A stretch of DNA of 64,000 nt from Emiliania huxleyi CCMP1516 (taxonomy: Eukaryota). The stretch is taken from the NCBI RefSeq assembly GCF_000372725.1, contig NW_005201287.1, forward strand, positions 837,081 to 901,080. Reading direction: 5' to 3'. Below are positions 1 through 11,644 of this stretch, piece by piece (position 1 is the first letter of the stretch; each line of letters opens with the position of its first letter). The notes beneath the pieces were generated by a model. The model was not told the DNA's origin. It did not search any database and was given only the letters and a program-made list of their open reading frames with translations. The translations under genes and the position numbers were made by a program.

Positions 1-435
1 CGGTGATGTCAGTGAGGAATGTGTGTGTTGTCGTGCTAGTGTCTGGTGTCTACTAGCCCCGAGTAGAGGGGGCGTTCCGCTGCTAGGGGAAAAACCCGGA
101 GCGCAGAGCTAACCCTCGGGGACCCGTGTTTACTTTACAGCCCTTTCCCTGCGAACGCGCACCCCCCTAGGGGTCAGGGCTCTCTAGCCCGCAACCCGAT
201 GCCGATCATCCGGCCCGCTGGGTACGCTTCTTAGCTCCGCCCCGGCCCTGGATGTGAGGTTTCAGGTTAGACCGCGACTCTGACTCCAAGAGCTCCAGCA
301 AGTGCTTGTAACGTTTTCCGCCCTAGATTCAAAATATGCACCCGGCCGGCGAGTCGGGATAAGAACCCCCCCCTCCCTTCTCGGGCCCGGCCGCAGCCCC
401 AAAGGACGGGAAGATATAGTCTCTCTCTCAGCCCC

Positions 436-1900
436 TCACGCGGGCGGCGGCCAGGCGAGGGGCAGCACGCAGCACGGCGCCGGGCAGCCAACCTCCCCCG
501 CGAGGTCGAGCCGGCCAGAGGCGACGTCGCGCCGGTAGATGCGGACGAGGTCGGCGCCTTGCTCGGCAGAGAGGAGGAGCTCTTCCGACCCGCCGGCGAG
601 GGCGAGGCCGACGGGGGGCGCGGAGGGCCCGCTGGCGGGGGGCGCCTCCCGCTGCGCGAGCTCGAGCCGGCGGCCCCCCTCCGAGGTGCGGAGGGCGGAG
701 ATGTGGCCGCCGCACGCCACGTACACGAACGAGCCGTCCGAGGAGCAGGCGAGCGCCCCGGCGGCGGAGGAGGAGCCGTCCGTGCCGTCGGCGTCCGCGC
801 CGTTGACGAGCTCGACTCGCTGAACGAGGGTGAGCGCGCCGCGTCCTCCGGCGTCTCGGCCGACGTCCGCCACGAGCAGCACGCCCGAGCCGGCGCACAG
901 CGCGTAGGCGACGCCGCCGGACGGGTGGCTAGCGAGGTGGGTCGGCCCGTCCTCGACACGCACCACGCCGCCGCCCTCGCCGCCGCCCGCCCCGCCGCCG
1001 CTGACCACCGACAGCGTCTTTCGCGCCGCGTCCCCCAGCAGCAGCCGCCACCCTCCCGCCGCCGACGGGAGGGGGAGCGCCGTCGCGCCCCCTCTCTCCC
1101 GCCCTGTCCTCGGCAGCAGCGTCGATGTGGCCACAGCCGGCAGAGGGAGGCGACTTGCTCCGGCCGCAGACGAGGGGACGAGACCGCCCGAGCGCGCCAG
1201 CCGCGGGCACGGCTTGAGCAGCCGCCGGCGCGGCAGCAGCCACTCGTGCGAGAGGAGGGCGACGGTCCTAATTACTTAATTACTTACTTACTTAGTTAAT
1301 TAATCACAGCCACTCGTGCGAGAGGAGGGCGACGCTCCCGTCTGCAGCCGACGCGACGGCGCACGCGTCGCCGCCAAGACTGCCGCAGCTCACGTGGGTG
1401 CACGCGCCGCGGCGGCCTTCGCCCCCCACGGCCACGCTCCCGGCGGCGTCGAAGCAGGGCGCGCGGCGCAGGTCGAGGCGGAGCGACAGCACGCGCGGCT
1501 GCGGGGCGGTCTCCTCCTCGTCGGGGTCGGACGCCTCCGTCGCGACGTGAAGGATGTAGCAGCCGAGCCGGCGGCCGAGCCGCAGGGAGGCCGGGGCCGC
1601 CTCGGCCGCGAGGTGGAGCAGCCGCGTGCTCATCGCCGGGCGGAAGCCGATCGGTGTCAGCTGCGCCGCGGCGGCGTCGAGCCGGAAGGCGCAGAGCCCG
1701 CCCGAGGCGGAGGGAGGCTCGCCCGGGAGGAGGGGCTTGCCGTCGCAGGCAACCACTACCACGCTGCCCGGGTCCTCGCTCGGCGAAGCGAGCAGCCACG
1801 CCGCGAGCCCGACGGCGGCGGCGCACGCGACCAGCAGCCGGCCGAGCGAGAGGGCGAGGCGCCTAGGGAGAGGAGCTTCGAGGCAGGGTCGGGCAAGGTG
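436..1900 (-). CDS. Lactonase-like beta-propeller region (6-phosphogluconolactonase-like fold) preceded by a hydrophobic segment; spliced; possibly the 3' part of the thioredoxin gene upstream
   Basis: ORFs 1304-1993 and 436-1134 carry propeller-like blades (GGLCAFRLDAAAAQLTPIG, GPTHLASHPSGGVAYAL, ALACSSDGSFVYVAC, EQGADLVRIYRRDVASGRL). They can be joined in frame across the duplicated AT-rich insert at about 1265-1335. Confidence 0.55.
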
Positions 1901-1997
1901 CTGGCGGCAGCCGACCGAGAGACGGGGCGACGCGCCACGCGCGGCTGAGCTCGTCGGCCGAGATGGGCCGGAGGGCGGTGTCGAGCCGCTCACTCAC

Positions 1998-2390
1998 CTC
2001 CTCCGACTGCACCTTGCGCCGCAGGTACACGCGGAAGTACTCGATCTCGTGCGGCCCCGTGTAGACGCGGAAGGCGGTGCCGGTCCAAAACTTGAGCGTC
2101 GGCACCGGCTCGTCCGGATCAAACGCGATCTGGCGCGCGTCGCAGACGTCGGGCGAGCGGGTGCAGTCGACGCGCCCGATGAGTCCCGGGTACTCGCCCG
2201 CCAACTCGGCCCACGCGCCGTCGAGCTCTCTGCACCTCTGGCAAGGCGCCGTGTCAAACTTGAGGAAAAACGGACGGCCGTCTCGCATCGCCTGGGCCAG
2301 GCTTGGCCCGTCGACCTCGGCCGGCGCCGCCGCCGCGGTGGCGACGAGGGTCGCGATGACGAGCCAGCGCATGGGCGGCGAGCACGACAT
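1998..2390 (-). CDS. Signal peptide + thioredoxin/PDI-like domain (CxxC)
   Basis: MRWLVIATLVATAAAA signal peptide, then FFLKFDTAPCQRC...IGRVDC...VPTLKFW. A strong GTGAGT donor follows at 1997. Confidence 0.7.
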
Positions 2391-2805
2391 GACCGCAGCA
2401 GCCCCGGGCGCCGTGCGGAAAGCCTCAACAGTAGGACTAGCTGGCTCAAGTGCGCGGGCGTGGCGACCGCAGTAAGGCGTCTCTTTTTGCACATCGACTC
2501 TTCCCTGCTGTCTAAGGTCTGTGAAAAGAACTAGTCAGAGGAGTTGCACACACGTGTCCGTGTCGGTTGTCTGAACGTCAAGGTCTCGAAAAAGCGCTAG
2601 TGAGAGGAGTTGCACACACGTGTCGGTTATCAACCGATCACGCTTGCACAGATCACAGCTCCAAGGACTCGACCTTCTTGGGAAGCAGAGCGTTCGCAAT
2701 GCCATCCCCGTGGCCGAGGCAGCCGTACATGCCGCCGCCCCAGGGCTGCTTCGGCGCCCACTCAACACCGCGGCAGAGGTCAACTCACACACGCACATGG
2801 TCATC

Positions 2806-3063
2806 ATGTCAAAGGCGGAGAAGCAAGCGTACACGCAGCGCTACCTGTCCAAACAGACTGGAAAACAGACCGGCAACAAACGTGCCGCGGGGGGGGGGAA
2901 CGAGCAGACCAAGATGTTCAACGGTGCCCCGGCCGGTTTCGAGGATGGAGGGCGAACCGCACAGGAGTGCTATGAGTTCGCGCGGTCAACTTGGAAGGAG
3001 CTCGCACCCAGGTGGGCAGATGAGATCAAGCCTCTCCTTGAGCAGGCCGTCAAGGAGTGGTAG
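2806..3063 (+). CDS. Short hypothetical ORF or gene/transposon remnant
   Basis: 3' part of ORF 2620-3063 has protein-like composition (MSKAEKQAYTQRYL...WADEIKPLLEQAVKEW); no family recognised. Confidence 0.2.
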   Translation: MSKAEKQAYTQRYLSKQTGKQTGNKRAAGGGNEQTKMFNGAPAGFEDGGRTAQECYEFARSTWKELAPRWADEIKPLLEQAVKEW

Positions 3064-3819
3064 GTAGTAGCGAAGAGTGGAGAGTACTCTGGTTTTCCTC
3101 TTGTTTAGCAGAATGCTCTCACGTAAAAAGACATGCAAAAGGGGGGAGCAGGACGGTGGCACGGCTCGGCTTTTCTTGCCCTCATGCAGTGCGGGTCGCG
3201 AGTCGGCTCACTGAGGGATACACTCTGTCCGGATGACCGCCGCGCCGGACCACGGCGGCGACGCGAGGGTGACGACAGGACAAGACGCCGACCAGTACTG
3301 CCGAGCCGGGGAGACTCCGCAGCGTGCCACTGCAGGCAACAGGAAGGCAGCGACGGGAGTGCGGTGGCTGCGATAGCAAGCAGCCGAAGCGTCAAAGCCA
3401 CAGCGCTGCCGCTGTCACAGTGTCGAAACGCCAGCGGAGGATGACGAGAGGAGACACAAACCTCAGCGCCTGTCCCGACACACAAAGATCCACGAAGGCG
3501 CGCTTCTGATTCCTTCGATGTGCGGCGAATCCTCAGAGCACAGTGTCGTTCTTGGCAGCGGCACGTCGTGACACTGGCTGGCGCTGTGGGCGTCGGTGAA
3601 AGAGCGGCGAAGACGTGTCGATCGACTCGCGTGATCAACCGCATCACTGGCGCGAAGATGACGTCGGATTCTGGCACCATCGCTTGAGACTTGCCGCAAA
3701 TGGTAATGGGAACGCATTCACATCTACATGCTGTGAACAAAATGCACTTTCGTCCATAACTAGTGCCCACGTGCTCCTTCGGCCATTTCTCGACGCGGAA
3801 ATCGACTCCTAAGTATAAC

Positions 3820-4765
3820 CCTTAGATATTCCCTCAGGGGTATTCCTCAGGGTGATCTCTAAGGATATTTTCTAAGGAGAATTCTCCTAAGGGGTATTCC
3901 TCAGGATAATCTCTAAGGATATTTTCTAAGGAGAATTCTAAGGAGAATTTCTAAGGATATTTCTAAGGATATTTTCTAAGGATATTTCTAGGATATTTTC
4001 TAAGGCGACTCTCCAAGATCAATCGCTAAGGATATTTGTCTCAGAATATTGTCTTAGATATTTGGGTCAGGATATTGTCTCAGGATATGGTCTTAGGATG
4101 TTTGGCTTAGGAAATTGTCTCAGGATATTTGCCTTAGGAAATTGTCTCAGGATATTTGCCTTAGGAAATTGTCTCAGGATATTTGGCTTAGGATATTTGG
4201 CTTAGAATATGGTCTCAGCATATTTGCTTAGGATATGGTCTCAGGATATTTGGCTTAGGATATTGTCTCAGGATATTTGGCTCAGGATATTTGGCTTAGG
4301 ATATTTGGCTTAGAATATGGTCTCAGGATATTTGGCTTAGGAAATTGTCTCAGGATATTTGGCTTAGGAAATTGCTCAGGATATTTGGCTTAGGAAATTG
4401 TCTCAGGATATTTGGCTTAGGAAATTGTCTCAGGATATTTGGCTTAGGATATGGTCTCAGGATATTTGGCTCAGGAAATTGTCTCAGGATATTTGTCTTA
4501 GGAAATTGTCTCAGGATATTTGGCTTAGGAAATTGTCTCAGGATATTTGGCTTAGGAAATTGTCTCAGGATATTTGGCTTAGGATATGGTACTCCCTCAG
4601 GATACTTAGGATATGGTCTCAGGATATTTGGCTCAGGAAATTGTCTCAGGATATTTGGCTTAGGAAATTTTCTCAGGATATTCTCTCAGGATTGGTCTCA
4701 GGACATAATCTCAGGATACTTGGCTTAGGATATTTGGCTGACGGTCCAGGCCACCCTCAGGGATG
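3820..4765. repeat. AT-rich minisatellite built from CTNAGGA-containing 13-15 bp subunits (higher-order ~27 bp unit CTCAGGATATTTGGCTTAGGAAATTGT)
   Basis: Directly visible tandem array; the left part uses CTAAGGATATTTT variants and the right part the 27-bp unit. Confidence 0.95.
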
Positions 4766-5589
4766 CCTAGATCTGAGGGCAGAAGAGAGAAGATTGAGTG
4801 CACACAAAAAGCAGACTACTCTCTCAACAACAGTAAGTACTGTGCTGCATGAATGCTTGCCCAGGTGTGAACAGCAGCTCCTGAGCACGGCGCCGCAGGC
4901 GCCTGTTGATGGGTCCAGGTGATAGCCCTGGATGGGCAATGCATACGCCTAGTTGGACCTCAGATCGCCCGACCGCGTCCCGGTGCTTTGTGGTCGGATT
5001 TGTGACGCCGCCGCACCGCGCCGCGGCCGGGGGCCCTCCGGAGGCCAAGGATGGCCGTGGCGGACCGGGACGAGCTCTGGGAGGTGGAGTGTCAGTGAGT
5101 GTATTGTAGAGACTGACCATGTGCACAATATCTCTCACTCTAGCTAAGCCAGGGGAGGCGATGCCGGGGCCGTACAGCAGCTTGATGGTGCTTCGCCGGC
5201 GTGCGTCCCGGAGCGGTGCCGGACGGGGGCCCAGGGGAGGAAAATGGAGGACAACGCCGACGCCGCTCTGATTCGACTTTTTACTTCAAACAAAGACAGT
5301 CGCACGCGCCGCAGCGCGGCGCGTGCGACTGTCAGGAGCGGATCCGTCAGTTAGTCGTGTTCACGCCGGGATCGTGTCCTCCACAACCTGGGCAACCATT
5401 CAGGGCGACGAGTAGGGCTCCAACAGGCGAAAATATGCATTTTTCCAGGGAGGAAAAATCGCGCCGCAGGCGCACACAGGCAGGGAGGAAGGGAGAAGTT
5501 CAGCTCTAGAGGGCGAAAATATTCAACAGTAGGGTCCCTAGGAGGTAGAGACAAAAAGACCTATCTAGATACACACCTCTCTCGAACAC

Positions 5590-6010
5590 CGCGACCTGAT
5601 CCGACCGTGCTCACTTCGAGGAACACGGTCGGATCAGGGTCGGACCCGAGTCGGAACAAGGTTGGGAAAATCCCTACCTCCCGCCGCCGCTGACCCCTGT
5701 TCGAGCACGGTCGGAGCAGGTCGGATCACGGTCGAAACAGAGTCGGAGTAAGTGGGAACTCGAACACGTGGTCGAACGCGGTCGGATCATGTTATCATCT
5801 GCTGCCGAACCACCTCCGGTCGGATCACGGTCGGACAACGGATCAAGGTCGGGAAAAAGGGCCGTACGTGGCTCGTGGGGAAGCTCATTCATCTGTTCCG
5901 ACCCAAGAAGAGTGGTTAATAAAAATCTCTCTCCGACCCTGATCCAACCCTGTTCCGACCATGATCCATGTTCAAACCTAAGAGGGTCGGAAGCTCGGAA
6001 CAGGTCAGAG
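5590..6010. mobile_element. Probable non-autonomous DNA-transposon remnant with many GGTCGGA/TCCGACC motifs in both orientations
   Basis: Dense short motif repeats like the subterminal arrays of the element at 35035-38482; termini not identified. Confidence 0.35.
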
Positions 6011-6199
6011 TCCTACCCTCCTAACAGTGCAACAAAACAGTGCTGGAATGCTGACGGCGGAAATCTTTTTTGTTGTTGGCCAAGCAACGAAGCAAGACAC
6101 ATAGTCATAGAGGCCAACTAGTTCTTTTGAATCTAAACGAATTTCCCACACCTGCCCAGCCCGCCGGCGACAATCCGTCCTTTGTTTGGTATTACAAAA

Positions 6200-6450
6200 T
6201 AGAAAATAAAGAAAACAGAGAACCCAAGGCAACGTAGGAAAGAAAAAGAAAGAAAACAGACACGCCAAACGAGGGATGGGACGAGGACAGGGTCCCCACC
6301 TGCACGAGCAGGATTTTGGAAGGACGATCAGGGGGACAGGTGGGGCTCTCCTGCTCCTGACAAGGGTGGCAGGTAAAAGAAAGAAAGAAAGAAAACAGAC
6401 AACCCAAGGGAGGGATGGGAGGACGGCACGCCGCCACCACAAGGGTGGCA
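6200..6450 (+). repeat. Dispersed repeat family (core AAGAAAGAAAACAGACAACCCAAGGGAGGGATGGGAGGACGGCACGCCGCCACCAC), copy 1
   Basis: Same core at about 15245-15330, 44300-44390 and 45000-45090; reverse-complement copies at 20685-20725 and 45400-45460; a related segment at 30335-30395. Confidence 0.85.
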
Positions 6451-6532
6451 GGTAGCGGAGGAAAAAATTCGCGCATTTCTTCAATTTCTGCTGCCAGCGC
6501 CCGCAAGAGTGAGAGGGTGATAGGCCTTTGCG

Positions 6533-9500
6533 ATGCTCGCGCTGCCTCAGGCGCTGCCCTCAGGCCGCAGCCCGCTGTTCGTCGTCGGCATCATCGGCTC
6601 GGACCCGTCGCAGGATGATGCCGCGCTAAACCTCGCGGCGCTCCTGTCGGAGGCGGACACCTTCCGCAGCGCCGCCGACGTGTCGGCCGTCGTGGCCCAC
6701 CACGACGCCGAGCGCGGAGTGCTCTATCTGGCCGTCGCCGCGAATGCACCGCCTCCGCCGACCGGGCCCGACGTGAGCTCGAGCGCGGTGCAGGCGTGGC
6801 TGGCCGACCAGAGCTATCGGCACGCGCGCGGGCTGCTGCTCCTCTCGCTGAGCTGCGACGTGGTGCTCGTCGCCTCGCACCGCTCCTCGCTCGACGTGCC
6901 GCTGCTCAAGACGCTGCGCGCAGTCTTCGGGCTCAAGGTGCGCACCCGCCTCCGCTCCTCCCGCCTCCGCTCCTCCCGCCTCCGCTCCTCCCGCCTCCGC
7001 TCCTCCCGCCTCGCGCCGACCGCCGCAGCTCCACTCGCAGGTCGAGCTGCAGCACGCACTCGGCGAAGCGCTCGCGAACGAGAGGAACGACCGAGATGCG
7101 TCCAGGGCTGCCTCCGGTGCGGACGTGCCGGCGCCGGTGCTCGGCGCTGTCTTTGGCCCGATGCCGCGCCTTCCCGGCCTCGCTGCGGCGCGGCCCGCCA
7201 CCGACCCAGCCCTGCAGCCAGCCGGCGGCGGCGCGGCTGCTGCGCCCGCCAGCGGCGGCGGCGGCGGCGGCGGCGGCGCGAGGAAGGCGCGGCCGGCGCT
7301 GAACAGCGCGAGCAAGAGCGGGAAGCCGCCGCGGGCGGAGGGCGGCGGCGCGGCGCCAGCTTTGGGCGGGGAAGAGGACGGCGGCGTGGAGGAGGCTCGC
7401 TCGCAGCTGGCGGCGGCGCTCGACTCGCAGCTGCGCGCGCTGCTCGGCTCGTCCAAGCAGCTCAGCCGGCTGATGGCGGGAGGCACGGGAGGCACTCTAC
7501 CGCCTCCGACGCCTCGGCAGCTGCCTTCTCTCCGTCTCCACCCCTCCCTTTGTCCACAGGCCTCTTCCGCATCCCCTCCGCCGTCGACAAGGCGCGCCAC
7601 GTCCACGCCGCCGCCCCACCCGAGGCGGAGGCCCTCTCGCCCGAGAGGAGGTACTCAGGCGAGCTTGCACCACCAGAGTAGGCGCCGGTCGCGCACGTGC
7701 TCCACGCCACGGCCGACGGCCGGATCGACCCGAGCGCCGCGGAGAGCGGCGACGCCGCCGAGCCGCTCTTCGGCTCGCTGCTGCGGATGCTCGGCGAGCA
7801 GCGCGGCGGCGGAGGCGCGAATGCCGCGGCTGACGGAGGCGGCGCAGGCGGCGGCGGAGGGTTGCTGGGCTTGCTTGGTGCGTGGCCCGCCGCGCCTCCG
7901 CCGCCAGAGGGCTCTGTCAGCACGTCGGTGATGCGAGGCGCTGCGTTGCGGTTCCTGCACGAGCTCGCGGCGGCAGGCTGCCCTGCGGGGGCCGCACCGA
8001 CACGGCTGGACGTAAAGGCCACGTCGCCAGCGGGGGGGGGGTCCTGCCCTGTCCACGACATGTCCATGTCCACGACACTGCCCGCGACGCGTCCGTAGGC
8101 CCCTCCCCCCGGGGGGTCACTGCGCGCTTCCTGGACCTGTCCCGGACCTGTCCCGGACCTTTCCTAGGCGCCGTCCGGAGGGGCGCTGCGTGTCGCCGGC
8201 GGCGGGAAGGGCGGCGGGAAGGGAGGCGGCAGCCGCAGTGCGTCCGAGTGGAGCGCTCGCTTCGCCGTGCTGTCGGAGGTGCTCTTTGTACCCGGCGCCG
8301 AGCCGCGCCTCTCCGCGCCGGGACTGGCGAGATGTAGCCGAGACATCGCCGAGATAGCCGAGAGATGGCCGCGGCTCTCCATCCCGGCTTGGCGCGCGGA
8401 GACCGCACCCCGGCGTTGGGCTGCAGCTGGCTGCAGTGGCTCTCGATCCCGCCGCCTGTGTGCGGCTAGGCGCGGGAGATCTCCCTATATCTCCCCACGT
8501 CCGTGCGGGTAGGCGCGGCTTCTCGACGCCGACTCGCTCTTCTCGGTGACGGCTTGCGAGGCGGCGCTGCCGCGCGCGCGGGAGGCGTACAACCGCAATT
8601 TGCCGCCGCAGTACGCCGCGACGGAGCACGCGTCCCGGCTGGCGGCGGCAGAGGCGGTGCTGCGAGAGAAGGCGTGCGGCCCCGCCTACGACCGGTACCT
8701 CCGCTCGCTGCGCGCCGAATGCGCCGCCCTCTGGCACGACGGCCGGCGGCTCTGCGACGCCGTCTCGTGCACAGGCCGGCCGTGCCTCTTCCGCGCGCAC
8801 CCGCTGCCGCTCCCCTCGGCCGGGGGGGGCGCCGACGGCGGCGGCGGCGCCGCCGAGCTGCTGCGCGTGGGAGACCGCGTGCTGAGTGTCAACGGCACGC
8901 CGGCGGCCGGCCACGCAGCAACCACCGCGATGCTCAAGGCTGCGGTCGGGGCGATGGTCCTGGAGGGGCGGCACCCCCCCCCCCCCCTCCCCCCCCCCTG
9001 CCCTTCCCCCCTGCCCCTGCCCCTGCCCTTCCCCCTGCCCCTGCCCCTGCCCCGAGCCCCCTTTGCCTCGCGACGCTCGCTGCCCCTCCACCGCCCCCCT
9101 TCCGACCTCCCGCCGCCCCCTTCCCCGTGGCCTTCAATATCGACTGCCTTTGGCGCAGGTGGAGCGCGCCGCGGTGCACGGCGAGGCGGAGGCGGAGGGG
9201 AGGGTCGCCGCCGACGGCGACACGGGCGGCGGCGGCGACGCTGCGCCGTCCCGCGTGCGCGTGGTCTTGCGCAAGCCAACCGCGGGCGCAAAGTTGGGCG
9301 TCGTGCTGCGGAGCGCGCACGCGACGAGCGGGTCGCCGGTGGTGGAGCGGCTAGGCCCGGCCGGCGGCGCAGCAACCGACTCGCGCGCCGCTCGGCCGCA
9401 CTCCTCGGGGCACAGCGCGACGCTGGGCTGCAACTGCGGACAGAGCGCCGCGGCGCACGCGGACCCATTCTTCCTCGCGGAGATCGAGCCGATGTTTTGC

Positions 9501-11076
9501 GCTCCGTGCTGCGACGCGATGCCGCACACGCCGCTGCCTTTCCAGCTCCTCGCCCACGCCAAGGCGGAGCCCGAGGCGTCCGCTGCCGCGCCGCCCGCGC
9601 CCGGTGCCTCCGGCGCGTGCATGGCGCGGCTCACTCTGCGTGGCGGCCCCTCCTCCCTCGGCGCGAGCAGACGGCTGCCGCAGGCGAGCGCACCCCCCCC
9701 CCCCCCCTCGCCCTCTCCACGCGTCATCCCCCGCTCGCCCTCGCCCTCGCCCTCGCCCTCGCCCTCGCCCTCGCCCTCGCCCTCGCCCTCGCCCTCGCCC
9801 TCGCCCTCGCCCTCGCCCTCGCCCTCGCCCTCGCCCTCGCCACGACCTTGCCCGCCCCCTCGCCAACGAGTCAGCCCCACACACGCTCGCAGGACGGCCT
9901 CCTCCTTGCCCACAACCAGCTCGCCGCTGCGGCGCTCGGGCCGCCCCCGCCGCCGCCCCCGCCGCCGCCGCCCGTCGAGGACTTCCCGGCGTTGCCGCCG
10001 CGGCCCCACACGCCCGAGAGCGGCGGTGGCGGAGGCGGAGGCGGCGCCCTCGCTGCCGCTCTCGCTTCGGTCCGCGGCGGTGATGCCCCCTCCGCCGACT
10101 CCTCCCACACACCGCCTCCGGCCGCCGGCCCGGCCCCGCCGCCTGCCTCCTCGCCCGCGGCCGCTGCTTGCGACCCGGCCAGCCACAGAGGGGTCGGAGG
10201 GGGCGGCGGCGGCGGCGGCGGCGGCGAGGCGCCTCGAGTGTGGGTTGGTTGCGAGTACGAGTGCCGGCACGGCCACCGCGCTGTGGTTGCGCCGCCGCAC
10301 CGGCTGGCCGAGGCTCGAGGCGCGGTGCCGCTGCTCAGCCAGCTGGTGGGCGGAGAGGCGCCTCTTGCCCGGTGGCGCCTCTCGCCGCGGCGCCGCGCCG
10401 CGAGAGTGCTGCCCTCACCGACCCCTGTTGAACCCCAAAGGCCCTGCCTCTCCGAGGGGTGCGCCGCCGCCGCCCAGCTCCAGCGCATCTACGTCCGCAC
10501 GCCCGACGCGCCCGTCGGCGTCGAGCTGCGACCGCGCGTCCGCTTCGAGAGCGGCGCAGCGGCAGACCCGCTGGCGGCGGCGGACCCGTCGGCTCGCACG
10601 CCAGCGGAGAGTTCCGCCGCAGTGCTCGAGTCGAGCGCGCCGGTCAGTCTGGCCGCGTGCCCTGCCCCCGCTGCCCTTCCCCCCCCTGCCCNNNNNNNNN
10701 NNNNNNNNNNNNNNNNNNNNNNNNNNNNNNNNNNNNNNNNNNNNNNNNNNNNNNNNNNNNNNNNNNNNNNNNNNNNNNNNNNNNNNNNNNNCCCCCCCCC
10801 GCCCTGCCCCCCCCCCTGCCCTGCCCCCCCCTGCCCTTCCCCCCTGCCCTTCCCCCCTGCCCGCGTGGCGCGTGACTCCGCCCTCGACTCGACTCGCACC
10901 AGGTGCTCTTGCCGCGCGGGTCGCTAGTTGTGCTGCGGCTGCCCTTCCTCTACTATGCCGACGGATCGCCCCCCCTCGCCACCGCCGCCACCGCCGCGGA
11001 GGCCGACGCCGCGCCCGCCTCGTTCCTGCTTCCCGGCTGGCTGAGCGTCGTCGGCGGGGAGGGGCCAGCTGGCTGA
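6533..11076 (+). CDS. SMG8: Nonsense-mediated decay factor SMG8 homolog (multi-exon, spans an assembly gap)
   Basis: Motifs in SMG8 order: VVGIIG; LLLLSLSCDVVL; LDSQLRALL; CEAALPRAREAYNRNLPPQY...HASRL; CAALWHDGRRLCDAVSCTGRPC; PHSSG...CNCG...DPF; VGCEYECRHGHR; AQLQRIYVRTP; VLRLPFLY, then TGA at 11074-11076. Confidence 0.88.
10692..10791. other. Assembly gap (100 N) in a C-rich intron
   Basis: N run. Confidence 1.
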
Positions 11077-11644
11077 TGCTGATCCTCACCCGCCCCCTTC
11101 CCTGTCTTGAGCTCTCGCTCTCCCAATTCTTGAGGGCAGAGGCGCGCACCTCGCCAAGCGTGCTGCCGCGCGCGCAACCTTCCCTCGCGCGTTGGGCTTG
11201 CACCGCGGCTCCGCGGGCGGGCGGGGTTGGGGCGTGGGGGGCGTGGCCGTGGGCGAGCGCGCGGAGCGGGCGGGGGGTTAAAACGTTTCATCAAAGCCGT
11301 ACAGTTCCTGATTCCGAATGTTAGTTCGGACCATTTTGACAAGAAGTGAACGACGGCGGGCGAGACGATCGAGGCTTTACCATGCGGAATCGACCCGCCT
11401 ATATCCAGAGTGTGCTCTCTCACACAAAGTGCTCACACGGAATCGACATCTCCGGCCAAAATTATTCAAAAGACAAAATTTCATTTTTCATTTCACCGAC
11501 ACGAGAGAACGGGGCGCACACTCCGCAACTATGCGGGCGATGACGGCACTCTACAGGGCCTCCGCAGCTATGCAGGGGCGGCACATGCTCGACCAGTGGG
11601 ACAAAAGACTGCCACACAGACCTCAGACCGACACGAGAGAAGAA

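Noticed and set aside
2531..2625. ~28-bp direct repeat (CTAGT.AGAGGAGTTGCACACACGTGTC)
   Set aside because: Intergenic, only two copies and no satellite filler; no supportable function.
4345..4922. Repetitive ORFs (LRIFGLGNC / SQDIWLRKL)
   Set aside because: Translations of the satellite; no independent evidence of coding.
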